A stretch of DNA of 64,000 bases from NCBI GenBank assembly GCA_028534125.1, contig CM052816.1, positions 4,900,001 through 4,964,000 on the forward strand. Reading direction: 5' to 3'. The notes under the pieces were generated by a model. The model did no database searches, was not told the origin of the DNA, and saw nothing but the letters and a program-made list of their open reading frames with translations. This document shows positions 27,445-39,538 of this stretch, one piece after another. Origin of the DNA: Lama glama. Its lineage: Eukaryota. Position numbers and translations under genes: made by a program. Position 1 is the first letter of the stretch. Each line of letters opens with the position of its first letter.

Positions 27445-28593
27445 GAAAACACAGGTATAGAAAACACAGGCAGAACACTGACATAAATCACAGCAATATT
27501 TTTCGAACCAGCTTTGAGAGTAATGGAAATAAAAGCAGAAATAAACAAACAGGATCTAATTAAACTTAAAAGCTTTTGCACAGCTAGGAATACCATCAAT
27601 AAAACAAAAAACCTACAGAATGGGAGAAAATACTTGCAAATGACACAACTGACAAAGGACTAATTCCCAAAATATACAAACAGCTCATACAGCTTAATAT
27701 CAAACAAAAAAATACGCAACCCAATCAAAAACTGGGCAGAAGACCTAAATAGACATCTCTCCAAAGAAGACATGTAGATGGCCAACAAGCACATGAAAAG
27801 ATGCTCAGTATCACTAATTGTTAGAAAAATACAATATCACCACACACCAGTCAGAATGGCCATCATTAAAAAGTCCACAAATGAAAAATGCTGGAGAGGA
27901 TGTAGAGAAAAAGGAACCCTCTTACACTGTTGATGGGAATGTAAATTGGTGCAGCCACTATGGAGGACAGCATGGGTGTTCCTTAAAAACTAAAAATAGA
28001 CTTACCATATGATCCAGCAATCCCTCTCCTGGCCATATATACCCAGAAGAAAATATAATTTGAAAAGACGCATGTACCCCAATGATCACAGCACCACTAT
28101 TTACAATAGCCAAGACATGGAAACAACTCAAATATCCAATGACAGTTGACTGGATAAGGAAAATGTGGTATATACATACAATGGAATACTACTCGGCCAT
28201 AAAAAAGAATAAAATAATGCCATTTGCGGAAACATGGATGGACCTAAAGACTGTCATTCTAAGTGAAGTCAGGAAGAGAAAGAAAAATACCATATAATAT
28301 TGCTTAAATGTGGAATCTAAAAAAAAAAAAGGACACAAATGAACTTATCTACAAAACAGAAACAGACTCACAGACATAGAGAACAAATTTATGGGGTAAA
28401 GGAGGTGGGAAGGGATAAACTGGAAGTTTGAAATTTGCACCTCTTGGGGAACAATGGAAATGTTAGCTATCTTGATGTGGTGGCAGTGGTTCCACTGGAG
28501 TATATATCTATCAAAATTCATCAAATTGTACATCTGAATTATGTGCAGTTTATTGTACAGGAATCATACCACAGTAAAGTTGTTTTAAAAAAA
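27445..28593 (+). mobile_element. 5'-truncated L1 (ORF2 C-terminus and 3'UTR) with chimeric tail
   Basis: ORF 28082-28297 (LFTIAKTWKQLKYP...W..KMWYIHTMEYYSAIKKN) is the L1 ORF2 C-terminus; frameshifted elsewhere. Confidence 0.92.
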
Positions 28594-29638
28594 GTGCTTC
28601 CATATCTTGGCATTTATAAATAACGTCGCAGTTAATAGCAGGGTGTATGTATCTTTTTTAATTAACTCTTATTTTGTGGTTGGCTTTATTCCTTTGATAA
28701 CTATGTAAGCTTAAAAAGCTAAAGCTCTAAAAGTTCTTAAAAACAATAAACTACATATATGTAAATTTTAAAAATATGTGCAGTATATTATATATACGTA
28801 TTTACATGCAAGATATTGTATATGTGCAAATTGTAACAATTCTACCTAATCAAACTGAAAAACGAAAAAGAAAACACATGTATCAATGAGAGCCAGGTGG
28901 TGTTCAACACTAATTCTAAAAATTTTATGCTAACAAGAGGGAAGTCAGTGCCACCTACTGCCTGATTTTAGAACGCAATCCCGAAATTGGTTCTATTCCT
29001 CTCTAGGAAATTGAATTCACTCTGAAAAATTAATCAGTACTAAACAAGATATCCAAGCAATAGAAACTATTGTTGGAAGGAGACATAAAAGTCTTTAACC
29101 AGAATGAAACTTTCTAAGTTAAAGGGCTTTCAGAGTTTTAGATTAATATTTCTAATAAACTCCTGTAATTCCAAGTTACTGCTAAAACAGTAAAGGAAAA
29201 TACAATCCTTCATCCACTGAAATATGCCAACAATTAAAGGATAAACAAAACAACAGAATGCCCTAAAATACTGCAGTGAAACAACATGCAGCAATGCTCA
29301 CCTCCACCACCCCTTCACCAGTCCCAAGAGAAAAGTCAAGTGAAATAACAAAGACAAGCTTTCTTATAACTTTCTACTCAAGTCCAGTATCAAAGCTGCC
29401 ACCTGCGGGGCACTAGCTGCAAAGTTAACGTTCCCTTCATACGGTACTCAAAAAAGCCTTCTGAATTACATAGTCTGTTACTATGTTTAAAGGAGATTTC
29501 CCCTTCCAAGCTGCAAATGCATAAAATACACCCAGAGGCTCATGAGAGCTGGGCAAAGCCTTATAAATATTCATGTAAAACTAGCAGTTGTGTTTCGTAT
29601 TTCAATAATTCAATGACAAATTATAAAAAGCATTTGTC

Positions 29639-29644
29639 TTTAAT
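29639..29644 (-). terminator. Candidate MRPL22 polyadenylation signal (ATTAAA)
   Basis: tttaat on + = ATTAAA on -, about 60 nt after the stop codon; not confirmed by transcript data. Confidence 0.45.
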
Positions 29645-29704
29645 TTTTGTTGGTTTTAGGAAATAAATGTTAAAATATGTACACTGTGGAGTTGAATACC
29701 CCCA

Positions 29705-29916
29705 TCACAGAGTGTGAATGATGGTCCGGTTGCGAAGCTCCTGGATATACTCTCTGGCATGGGCGACTGCTGACTTCGGTGCCTCCGGTGGAGGTGGGGG
29801 GCCTTCCACCAACTTCACAAAATAATGGCAAAAAACCTTCTCCATAATCCCAAAGCGACCTCTGCCATGGTATCGGATGCGTTTCAGGTACTGGCCACGC
29901 CCTGAAGTGGACTCCG
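29705..29916 (-). CDS. MRPL22: MRPL22 coding exon 7 (last)
   Basis: catctag|(A)[69 protein letters not shown]; 212 nt, TGA at 29705-29707. Exons sum to 633 nt (210 aa plus stop). Confidence 0.97.
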
Positions 29917-31274
29917 CTAGATGGGGAAGAAAAAGAGAATAATAGGAAATGACTGCATCCACAAGATTAAAGCCTGACCAGCTGAGGAATGTCCGTCCTC
30001 TCCCACACAGGATTCTAAGACTACATGAGCTCATGGCTGGTGAAAGCAGGCTGGTCTCTCCAGAGTCCTTCCTTCCTAAGGACCAGACTCTACTCCAAGT
30101 GCTAGAGAAACAAAAAAGAGTGAACAAGACTAGCAAGGGCCCTGCCTCCACGCAGTGCATACTGTAAAGGAGAAAGACAGAAGACAAACAACATCGTTTA
30201 GGTCAGTGACAGTGCTACGAATAAAACAGAACAACTACGTGACAAAGACTGATGGGGTGCTGGGGGGCAACTTCAGACTGGGCAGTGTCAAGGGGCATCC
30301 TTGAGAAAGAGGCATTTGATCCAAGTCCAGAATGAATCACTCATGCAACTATCTAGGGCCAACGAGTTCCAGGCAGAAGGAACAGCAAGAGCAAAGGCCC
30401 AATGGTGGGAATGTGCTTGGCCTGTTTTAGGAAGAGGAGCTGCTAAATCACGTGTAGGAACGCGAAGCATGACACAAACAAGGGGAAGAGGTCAGAGATA
30501 AAGGCAAGATCAACAGAGCACTGCAGGCTGGGGGAAGTTCTGATTTTATTCTAATTGTATGAGAAGTCCCTGGAACCAGTGGTTCCCAAATGCTGTCCTC
30601 AAGTTAACTGAATCAAACTAACCCAGGGAACATATTTAAAATGCTGATGCTGAGACCCCATCTCTGGAGATTCTAAGCGAATCCAAGGCTGGGCCTTGGA
30701 AATCATATCCTGAGCAAACACCACTCCTAAGCAAATTCTGATTCATAGCCAGTTTTAGGAACTCCTGCATCACATCTGCCCCCTCATGTCTCCTCCCCCG
30801 TTCTACGTGTCAAAGTTTGACCTTGTAAAATTGGAAGAAACCTTTTAAGTAGTACAAGAAGAAATCATTTACCTGTTCACTCACAATAAATCACAGTAGT
30901 AACCACCTTCTACTATCTTCTGAATTTATTTAGTCTTACTCTTTTAAGCAAATTTAATAAGCCTTTTAAAAAGGCAAAATCTACAGAACACATATCAAAT
31001 TAATCCACTTTGATACTCACCATTCTTTTATTCTTACTGTGACAGAACTTTATGTTACAGGGACTACATCAAAGTATGTGCTCCACAGCCCTCTAACTAC
31101 AATTCTCTCATGAAATGGGTTTCAGAAGCATCTAGCTTTGGCCAAGAGAAATCTAAGGATGAAAATGATTAAGAAAACTGCATAGAGTCTCAGTGAGACA
31201 AGGGGAGAACTACTGCCCTTTTATTTACTTCATCTTCGGGGCACTAAAGAAATGGATGTAAGAATTTCCAAAGA

Positions 31275-31595
31275 TGGGACTGGGGGGGAGGTGGGCGAAA
31301 TGGGTGAAGAGTCAAAAGGTACTAATTTCAATTATTAAATAATTAAGTCATGGGGATGTTATGTACAGCACAGTGACTACAGTTAATAATACTGTACTGT
31401 ATATTTGAAAGTTGTTAAGAGAATAGTTTTTAAATGTTCTCTCATAAGAAAAAAAATTCTGTATGTATGGTGACTGATGTTAACAAGACTTGTGGTGATT
31501 ACTTCACAGTACATACAAATACTGAATTATTATGTTGTACACCTGAAATATAATGGATGTATGTCAATTATACCTCAATAAAAAAATTTTTTTTT
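31275..31595 (+). mobile_element. L1 3' end (L1MA-like) with TSD
   Basis: gtcatggggatgttatgtacagcacagtgactacagttaataatactgt...tgtacacctgaaat..tatacctcaataaaaaa; TSD atttccaaaga (about 31264) / ttttccaaaga (about 31598). Confidence 0.85.
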
Positions 31596-33880
31596 AATTT
31601 TCCAAAGAAAAAGCGGCAGTATACAAATCACTTTATAATGAAGTATCACCATGTGCCCTGGGTCCACCTGTGAGGAGGAAACCTACAAAAAAGAATAGTG
31701 ACACTGGGAAGAGGGTAGAAAGCCTCTAAGAAGATTTTACATACATGATGGCTGCTTTTATCCAAAACTGCTACTCTACCCAGTTTGAGCACCACTTTCC
31801 GAATACTTTGAGAATAAAGAATACTACTCCAGTGAAAGAAGTATCAAAATTAGCTAATTGTGCAGCACTACACAATCTATCAAAACACAACGACCAACCC
31901 TATCAGGGTCTATGTTAACTACCATTTTCCCCCCATCTTTCCCAAAACACTTAAGGGCAGACACTCAATATCTGCTAAATGCCAGTTATGATTTCATCCT
32001 TAAGCCATAAAATACCATCTGCCTATCCTTATGCACATAATGCCACCATTTTTTATGTAAAAGCAAAAACATTAATTCTTCTGAAACACCAGGATTCTTT
32101 AATACTCTGGAATGGGAACACACAACACAGCCACTCTGAGGCCTGAGTGAAATCAGGACTTCGCCACATTGACTCCAAATCGATGTATGGTCTCCCCTCC
32201 ACCAGTCTCCCCTCCACTGATTCTGTATGATAGGGGTTTCAAACTGCTTCTGAACAGAACCATTTCAATTAAAATAAGGCAACTTGTAGATGCCCTTTTT
32301 CATCTGGATCTGTTCCTACTGAAACATGGGTGGGGGTAGACCCAAAAGTGTGTTGCCATTCATTCACCCAACAAATAGAAATTCTTAGCCCCTACTGGGT
32401 GCCAGGCTCTATCCTGAGCTCTAAGGATACAGCAGTGACCAAGATATCAAGGAGCCCTTCTGTTTGCCCCAGGCCCCACTCAGAAGGTCCCACAGCACAA
32501 TTTCAATACCACTGCTTAGAGTTACCAGTCTTAGAGCACTGCCTTAAATAACAAAAACCTCTTATCCAAAAACTTCCTGTGGTTCCTTTTCAATACAGTT
32601 TTAGCTGAATGCCACAGCCTGCCTTGCTCAGCCCCTGGAATCTAGGCCCAACCCACCTTTCCAATTTTATCTACTCCAGGTCAAGCCTCTACTTCGGTCA
32701 CACTGTTCTACTCACTGAGCCACATAACTACTGCTCACTGCAACCTATGTGCCTCTGCTGAAGTGGTTACCTCACTTTGAAATCAATCTTTTCCCTTGGA
32801 CACTCTTTCAGCTCCACAAAAGCCTATCTTTAAAAGCCAAAATGTATTCTTCCCAAGGACTATTACTGTCAAAGAACAAAACTATGTGTGTTAAATGTTT
32901 TAAATTGCTATAAAAGACACACCATCACCTAGCTGTACAGGTAGTACACCCACTGAAAGCACTCAAATATCTTTTGAATGAAAGAAAAAACATTAAGACA
33001 TCTGGAAAATGGAAACAACCTTCTAAAGATAATGTTCAAGATAATGTTCTTTAAAGATAATGCCCAACAGACATCATATATTTAAAATATTGTCAGTATT
33101 TCCTATTACTGGTATTTAGGTAAATGCGAACCTTGACCATTTTAACTTTAAAAACCCTCTCCCTCTTCCCCTCATCACTCTTAGCCCAGAAGACTGATTT
33201 TATGAAGTCAGTCGGTCACTTTCTCCCTGAAGCAAACCACGTTAGATGTCATGAAGCACGAAGCAGTGACATTTTATTAGTCCACATCCACTTGTTAAGG
33301 CCTATTCACGGTGTCATTAGTCATCGTTGTAAGGCTGAAAAGGAAATGAACTTTCAAAGTCTGTTGTCACGCAACACCAGGTATTAGCTTTAGACTGAAG
33401 ACAAGTATTTGAAGGAATTACCATATAGTGAGAACATATGCTACCAAAGGACTTTCTCTCAAATGCCCGTACTTACTTATCTCAGGGAACAGAAAGAGCT
33501 ATTGCTGAGCCAAAATGGCAGCCAAGTAACTATCTTTCAAAGCTCTAAAATAAGTCTATGGAGTGAAACATCTAGGCCTTTTCAAAGACGGTAAGCTGAT
33601 AAACGAGTTTCCCACATTTTATAAGAATCACTAGAGTACTCACCCAGGCCTCTCTTCTGGGGTTTCAGATCCATTGAGTCTGTGGTGAGGCCTGGGAATC
33701 TGTATTTTCAGTAAGAACCTCAAGTGATTCTTATCAGAGAAGTTTGGCAAATACAGGGGTAAGATGCCTGAATGTCATGGTCAGATACTTCATTTTCCTG
33801 CAGTAAACATCTCTTTTTACTTCATAATAGAGTAAGGCAACAAAATATTTAGCTAATGAGTTTTTAAAATCATAAGACAA

Positions 33881-34040
33881 GGGGGAAGGATAGAGCTCTG
33901 TGGTAGAATGTGTGCTTAGCATGTACGAAGTCCTGGATTCAATCCCCAGTACTTCCATTAAATAAATAAATAAATAAACCTAATCACCTCCTCACTGCAA
34001 AAAAAAAAACAAAAAAATTTTAAATAAATCAAATATTTAC
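33881..34040 (+). mobile_element. Camelid tRNA-derived SINE with 16-bp TSD
   Basis: gggggaaggatagagctctgtggtagaatgtgtgcttagcatg..ggattcaatccccagtac; TSD taaaatcataagacaa (33865-33880) / taaaatcgtaagacaa (34041-34056). Confidence 0.9.
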
Positions 34041-35732
34041 TAAAATCGTAAGACAAATCTGAACTTACCAGAGGGTACAGGAGGGGCAGAGCTTTTTCAG
34101 CAGAAATGTACATAAGGAGACCAATGAATTACAGGCCCAGTCACATAAAATTGGTTAAGTTTATTTTTGCTTAAAGGCAACACTGGACTTTGCTCCTTCA
34201 TTTAGGAAGACAGATTAAGCTCTTCACTCTCTCTCTCTATACTACAACTACTGAAATGGATTTAAAGACAAAAATCCATTTTATTTACATCTGAATTTCA
34301 TTTTGAAGTGTTATATATCAGCTAAGAAGTCAATATTCTTATGAAACGAAAAAAATCAAATTTCACTTGACATTGAGTCACAGAGCAGGAAAGATCACCA
34401 AGAGGTTTTAAGCAAATGGTCTTGCTCTTCACTCATTGCATGTCTTCCATCAATTCTGGGCCCTCCCAGCATTATTTACTCATGTTATTCCCACAAGAAA
34501 ATGTTTATGATTAACTACTGTGGGCTACATCTTCTGAGTTTTAATTTCCTTCTGCATCTATGCATGTATCAGAATATAATTATGTAAGATTCAGCTTTAA
34601 AATATTTCAATCAAAAATCATAACTCATTTGAATTTCTGAAGTAGGTGTGGTTGCCAGCATCAATTATAGATGAGTTAAGATTTTAACTTAACCAGAATA
34701 ATTTTCTGCAGTAGGGCAGAGGTTAAGTGACAAAGTGGAATTTAGATTTCTTTAAAAATTCTAATTGTTGAAAAATTATAAGGCACAGCTAACTTCCTCC
34801 ATAATGATTCAGCCCTTTCCCCTCTATTTGTAGAGTAGCAGTCCCTAAATCTTGAGATTAAATGTTCTTAGATAAATAGTCCTTCTTATATGTAGGTTTA
34901 GGCGATTGAGAAAATTCTGCTTTGACATTACCATCTTTGATTACAAAACTGCTGAAGTTAGGAGTAACTGCTGCATTAACTCCAACCACCACACGACTTT
35001 ACTGTGGTGTCGGAAGCGGGCAAGAGAGCTTCATTATAAACAGTGATCTCTTTCTAGAAAAAGTGTGTGAAGGTATAGTACTAAAAAATCTCTTACCTTT
35101 GCACAGTGCTTCATGCTTCCCAAAGCATCTTCACTTATATTAACTTAATTTGATGTGGAACAGGCATATAAAACTGGAGATGATGCTTCAGGATATAATA
35201 ATAAAGGGTGGACAAACACATCTGAGTCACCTGAGCCTTTGAAGGTCTTTTATAAATCAACAGACTTTCCATGTAATTGGAAGTTTAATTTATAAGAAAC
35301 CTTTATGGATGAAGCACCTGGCCTGGCACATCATAAATAAAGATTTTTTAAGTCTACGTGTGATCCTTTATATGTATTTCATTTGGGATGACCAATACTT
35401 CATTTAAAAAATCAGCTATGTTTTTCTTTAGTTTTATTATGATTAAAAAACCACATACTATGTACCACCTTGATATCCATTATTTAATAATTATCAGCAA
35501 TAGGTTTCATGATCTCAGTCACATTACAGAACAAGTAACAATAAAACAATAAAATTATGACCATTTACAGAAGACTAACAGCATGTAGAAGGCTGAAGAA
35601 TAAGTTATTATCAGCATTCTCACTGGTAAACACAGTCCTAAGGAGTTAGATATCAAAGATTATTGTTAGATAAAGAACTTGGCGTCGCTATTGGAACATA
35701 TTTTCTAAAACTAAGAATATTAAAGATCTTAC

Positions 35733-35802
35733 CTACATACAAATTGGATCTGAATTCCACATTGTGGTCTCTCACTGCCATATCTTGTGCTTCTAAGAGA
35801 AC
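35733..35802 (-). CDS. MRPL22: MRPL22 coding exon 6
   Basis: tttaag|[23 protein letters not shown](A)|gtaag; 70 nt. Confidence 0.97.
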
Positions 35803-37191
35803 CTTAAACAAGAACAAGAAAGACATGTATATGGCAGACCATGAATTAAAACAGAATTAAATTTCTCATTTCTTGTTATCTCTGTAACATGACTGCTACT
35901 CACATGCCTCCCTTTTATAGTCAATTTTAAAAAGAGAATATCAGATGATAACGATGCTAAGGAGAAGGAATACAGTGAGCTTTCCTTCCTCAGACAAGAC
36001 CTGCAAGTGCAAGGAACACAGTCCGTCCTGCTCAGTTGTAAATGGAACGTGTCAGCTGAAAGGAAGAGATGACAGCAGCACCCTTGCTAATGAACACTGT
36101 ATCTTTGAGTCAAAAGCTAGCCAAAACCTTCAAGAAGCTCAAGAGGTAAATCTTAATGAAAATTCTTAAACTTTGGATCCAAAATAACCATTAACAACAT
36201 CAGACAAGTAGAGAAAATCATACTTCAAAATTTCCTTTAAGAATTACTAAATGTATACTCCATAGATATTTTGAATTAAGTTAACTTCCTCCGGAACACA
36301 TTTTTTAAATAGGACAATTGTTGCCAGAAAGAACAGAAATCAGATCTTTCACTACTTTAAGGACGAGAATGTGCTACAAAGCTGAGTACAAAACAGATAC
36401 TCAGTCATTGCACTCTGAATGGAATTAAATATAGGTGTTACAATAGAGCCTCTTGGAAGTCTGAATCCAACAATCTCAACCATTCAACTACAAAACTAGA
36501 AAATAAAAAAACACTGAAAACATAACATCTGAATTGAAATTTTAGTTAACTGAAAATTAACTGGAGTATAAAAAATAATGCTGATATCCCCAGATAGTCT
36601 CAACCATGCCTTTTGAAACAAGAATGCTCATGCACCTACAGTAAGTCAGCACAAATACCATGAGCACATTTGCACCTAGTAAATCAGCTACATTTAGAGC
36701 TAGAAGGGTCTTTAGAGATAATCTAATCCAATCCCACCGAGTCCACAAATGAGAAAAATGGAACTAGACAAGGGTCTTGCCCATGGTCACAACAGAAATT
36801 GTCAGAGAAAACAATCAAGTCCCCTGAGTCCCAGTCCAGTGTCCTTTCCACTCTGTTAGTTACAAAATCACTCAGTCACAGAACTGACCCAAAAAAAACT
36901 TCTAAAAAATTTATCAAGCCCCCAATCATTAAAAATAAGACGTATCACTTCATAGACTGACCACAAAATAGAAATTGCCATCTGATGCAAATAAAAGCAT
37001 CTCAGGAAAAAAATTACTTAAAGCACACAACAGTCCTGGGGTATGAGAACATTAATAAACTGAGTACCCTAAATCTGTGTTATATAAACTATGCATTTAC
37101 ACCAAGAAATTCAGGGAATTCAGGACTCAGGCCAAGCTTACTAACATCTGCAAGACAGCTATGCGCTCCCTCCCCATCAATCTTAGTTTAC

Positions 37192-37269
37192 CTCTTTAAT
37201 TATCTGGGCCCCTTTTTTGTCACTGAATTCCAATTGAGCCAGAGCCTGGTCAATGGACATTCCTCGTAT
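37192..37269 (-). CDS. MRPL22: MRPL22 coding exon 5
   Basis: ttctag|IRGMSIDQALAQLEFSDKKGAQIIKE|gtaaac; 78 nt. Confidence 0.97.
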
Positions 37270-38020
37270 CTAGAATTAATGAGTAACAAACAAGAGAAAA
37301 TAAATTAGTTTATAAAGTCAGTGTTCTCTTTTCAATGAAAAGAACCTTACATAATTCAAATAATTTCTAAAAATAACTAACTAGTTACATGTTACTTATT
37401 CCTCAATAAGATGGGGAAAACCTTTTTCATTAAGTATAAAAATAGCTAACTAAATGCAGGCAAAAAGGAAGAAAACAAGTTTGAAAAGGGATGCCACCAC
37501 TCTAAGTCAAAATCAGACTTAAAACATTTTAACAATAAAACCTGGATTATAATGGTTTCAGTGATAATAAAAAAGAGAGCAGACATAACAGAGAAAGACT
37601 ACAGGTTGGCAAGGACCACACTAGGCATTTGAGATATCTACTATAGAATAAATGTATTACAAGTATATTTGGTGCTTTTGTATTCTCTCATATATAAATT
37701 TCATTTTCCAAGGGAAAAACTTAAAAAAAGTCAATAGTTTTGAAATAGGCTGAATTTGCTTCCTGGATTCTTAAACTGTAGCCAAGTTTTTGATACCTTT
37801 GTTCTAAATATCTATGGATCCAACATGGTTTAGTTTACCCAAAGGTAAAAATTAAGCAAAACCATTTCATCTCTGAGCTATCCTTTTTGGATTACCAACC
37901 AAATGTCTGAAAATGCAATTATATTCCTCAATTTCTCGAGAAATCAGGACAGGTTTTTTTGCTTTTCAAAATTTCCTGGGACAAAATCTGTGGCTCCTTT
38001 GCCTAAGTGTAGACATTTTA

Positions 38021-38167
<147 letters not shown>

Positions 38168-38479
38168 CTATGCCTAGTGAAAATGCTGCCATAAGAAATT
38201 AAAAACTATTAAGAATTTGTAAAGTTACATTTTTCCAAAGTCTCACTATATTATAAAGGTTACTAAGAGAGAAACAACTATAAAATGGCTAGAGGGTGCC
38301 AATATTTGCAACATTGCTATCCAGAGGCATAGTAAAAGATTTAAATGAAAGTATTTTTGAAAACATTTACCTGGCTAAAAGAACAAAAGAAAAGGTACAT
38401 TAAGAAAAAAGTCCCTTGTTAGGAGAACAATGGTGAAATGGACAAAATAACTATTTTCATAAGAAAACCAGTATTCTAC

Positions 38480-38710
38480 GTGTTTGGTCAAGAGCATAGG
38501 TTCTAGAATCAGACTATGTGGGTTTGAATCCCAACTCTACCATTTACCAGCTACAAAACGCAGGCTATTCAACCTCTCTCTGCCTAAGTTTCTTCTTTAA
38601 AATGAAGATAACAGTACCAAACATATAAAACTCTAAAAAGGATTAAATGAAGTAACCTATGTAAATAAAGTACTTTACAGTGGGTAAGATTTTAGTAAAT
38701 GTTAGTTCCT
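38480..38710 (+). mobile_element. MIR SINE
   Basis: ggtcaagagcataggttctagaatcagactatgtgggtttgaatcccaactctaccatttaccagct..aacctctctctgcctaagtttc. Confidence 0.8.
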
Positions 38711-39434
38711 ATTACCTTCTATTTATAGTAGTAGGTATATCCTATTGAATCTTTTAATCAATCATCCATTAAACAATTTATAGTTCATCAAGCACTTCTC
38801 AAGCCTATTATTTCATATGATCTAACTCTGAGAGTTGGGAGAGAAAATATTTTATAAACCTTTTACAAAATGAAAATCAGAGAAATCAAATAAATTGTCC
38901 AAGATTGCAAAGTACGAGACAAAGCTAGTGCCACCCAAGGAAGTATGTGAAGGGCCTAATACAATTTCTGGCCAGTGTATCTTTAAAGTTCCCCCTTGGG
39001 ACTCTAAAACCCACATTCTTCCCACTACTACAGCATACTGACACTTGAAAAAAATTAGAAAACATTTTTCAAGGCAAATAATAGCAGAAAAAACTCAGAA
39101 CTTTCTAACATTCTGACTCCTGCCGGAAATTTCCAAATGCCCTTAGAAGTAACAGAGCTTTCTCAAGTGGCCATACTTTTAACATGCAGCAGATTTCATT
39201 TCAGCTGCAATAGAAGCTGACAAGCTGAAAACTGTAGCAATAGCCTAATTACATTTTCAGCAATAAAGTGTTCTGGGGAGCAGGGAGAGGAAAGAAGAAC
39301 CGTCATGACTGATAATATTAATCTGCAAAAAATTAATACACTCTATAAAATCTTTTATATAGAAAACTTTCAACTCCTGGTTTGTCACGGTGGGGTATCT
39401 TTAAATCCGAATTGTACATGATTATCCTCAAATT

Positions 39435-39538
39435 GTTTTCTAATGTTTTCCCCCCTTTAAAGGAGGCACTGGGGATTGAACCAGGACCTCATGCAAGCCA
39501 AGCATGCATTCTACCACTGAACTATACCCTCTACTCAC
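39435..39538 (-). mobile_element. Camelid tRNA-derived SINE with 12-bp TSD
   Basis: ggaggcactggggattgaaccaggacctcatgcaagccaagcatgcattctaccactgaactataccctc; TSD tatcctcaaatt at 39423-39434 and 39539-39550. Confidence 0.85.

Noticed and set aside
1..29000. KIF4B retrogene, which lies downstream of MRPL22 in human
   Set aside because: No long kinesin ORF is present. The window may not reach the orthologous site, so absence is uninformative.
29917..30187. N-terminal extension of the 160-aa ORF containing MRPL22 exon 7
   Set aside because: Intronic read-through upstream of a clear polypyrimidine tract and AG acceptor at 29917-29918.
34060..34100. Cryptic MRPL22 micro-exon ending at ctg|gtaagt
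   Set aside because: The acceptor (aaaaag) is poor and the exon would be only about 23 nt; likely chance.
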